Under the pieces are notes generated by a model. That model searched no databases. It was not told the origin of the DNA and was given only the letters and a program-made list of their open reading frames with translations. Positions 15,080 to 15,620 of a stretch of 15,620 bases of DNA are shown here, piece by piece (the first letter of the stretch is position 1; every line of letters begins with the position of its first letter). This DNA comes from Armatimonadota bacterium (lineage in GTDB: Bacteria; Armatimonadota; Armatimonadia; Armatimonadales; Armatimonadaceae), in contig JAYUUO010000074.1 of NCBI GenBank assembly GCA_043754515.1, positions 1-15,620 of the forward strand, read 5' to 3'. The position numbers and the translations under genes are program-made.

Positions 15080-15620
15080 TTATTTAACCGAGGACTGGTC
15101 ATAATTCAAGCCGCTCTTACGGAACGGTTTTAACCCGCGACTGGTCGGCAGACCGAGTTCATGCCTCGCCCATAAGCCCAGTTCATAAACCAGTATCGCA
15201 CCTGAAACAAATCGGCTCGTTGCCATCTTTCCTTTTGTCGGCACATCACAATGACTATCAAAGATCGAATTGAAATGCTCATTGAAGTTTTCGATCCCCT
15301 TCGAGACCTCCTTACCCGCGTCGGCGTGCGGACATTTCCCCCCGCGTGTTGCCACAAGTTCCATGCCGCGTAGGTGACAAGCCGCCTCCTTCTCCTCGGT
15401 CCGGTAATGCTGATCCCCTAAAACGAAGCGAGCGCCCGTCGGCACTTCGGAAACCATCTCCTGACCCACCTTACCGTCATACACATTAGCGGCAGTCAAT
15501 CGTGCCGAGAGCGCAATCCAGGCATCTCCTACCGTTGCCGCCACGTGAAGTTTCCACCCATAAACCCATCCGTTCGATGAAAACGTGTTTTCATCTGTCC
15601 AACCCCTCTTCGTCCACCCT
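15080..15620 (-). mobile_element. 3' part of a degenerate DDE transposase (IS982/IS4-like), runs off the window
   Basis: GWVYGWKLHV, RLTAANVYD, FVLGDQHY, IENFNEHF. Appears to lack a few residues before IENFNE, and probably has a 1-nt slip before a native TGA at 15106-15108. Confidence 0.75.
15575..15598 (-). repeat. Palindromic insert H (24 nt, in frame) in the second transposase
   Basis: Minus strand ACA GATGAAAAC AC GTTTTCATC G, perfect 9-bp arms; removal gives GWTKRGW(N/T)GWVYGWKLH. Confidence 0.75.

Noticed and set aside
14908..15102. Short ORF containing FYIQARAVDRVG, reminiscent of the last strand of an Ig-like domain
   Set aside because: Too short to support a call; at most a remnant truncated by the adjacent IS.

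Overview
GC-rich bacterial chromosomal window; the gene content is compatible with an Armatimonadota-like organism, but that is a weak inference. Left part (1-8.8 kb): split chromate transporter pair, Ser/Thr metallophosphatase, acyl-CoA thioesterase, 7Fe-type ferredoxin, a divergent SH3-NlpC/P60 cell-wall peptidase, a type III PKS / SAM-methyltransferase / FAD-monooxygenase cluster and a NYN-LOTUS protein. Middle accessory part (9.1-13.3 kb): DUF6883-DUF4926-like pair, a PD-(D/E)XK-like gene, an IS630 element and a broken secreted-protein gene. Right part: two hypothetical genes, rpsT and the 3' part of a second, unrelated DDE transposase. The main observation is that the IS630 transposase is interrupted by seven separate 23-30 nt hairpin-forming insertions. 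Deleting them by hand, plus the usual -1 frameshift, gives an uninterrupted 380-aa DDE transposase. An eighth insert of the same build sits in the second transposase. The inserts fall into families with compensatory base changes, and seven of eight have CAG next to the hairpin. This suggests a class of very small mobile palindromic elements, seen here concentrated in transposase genes.
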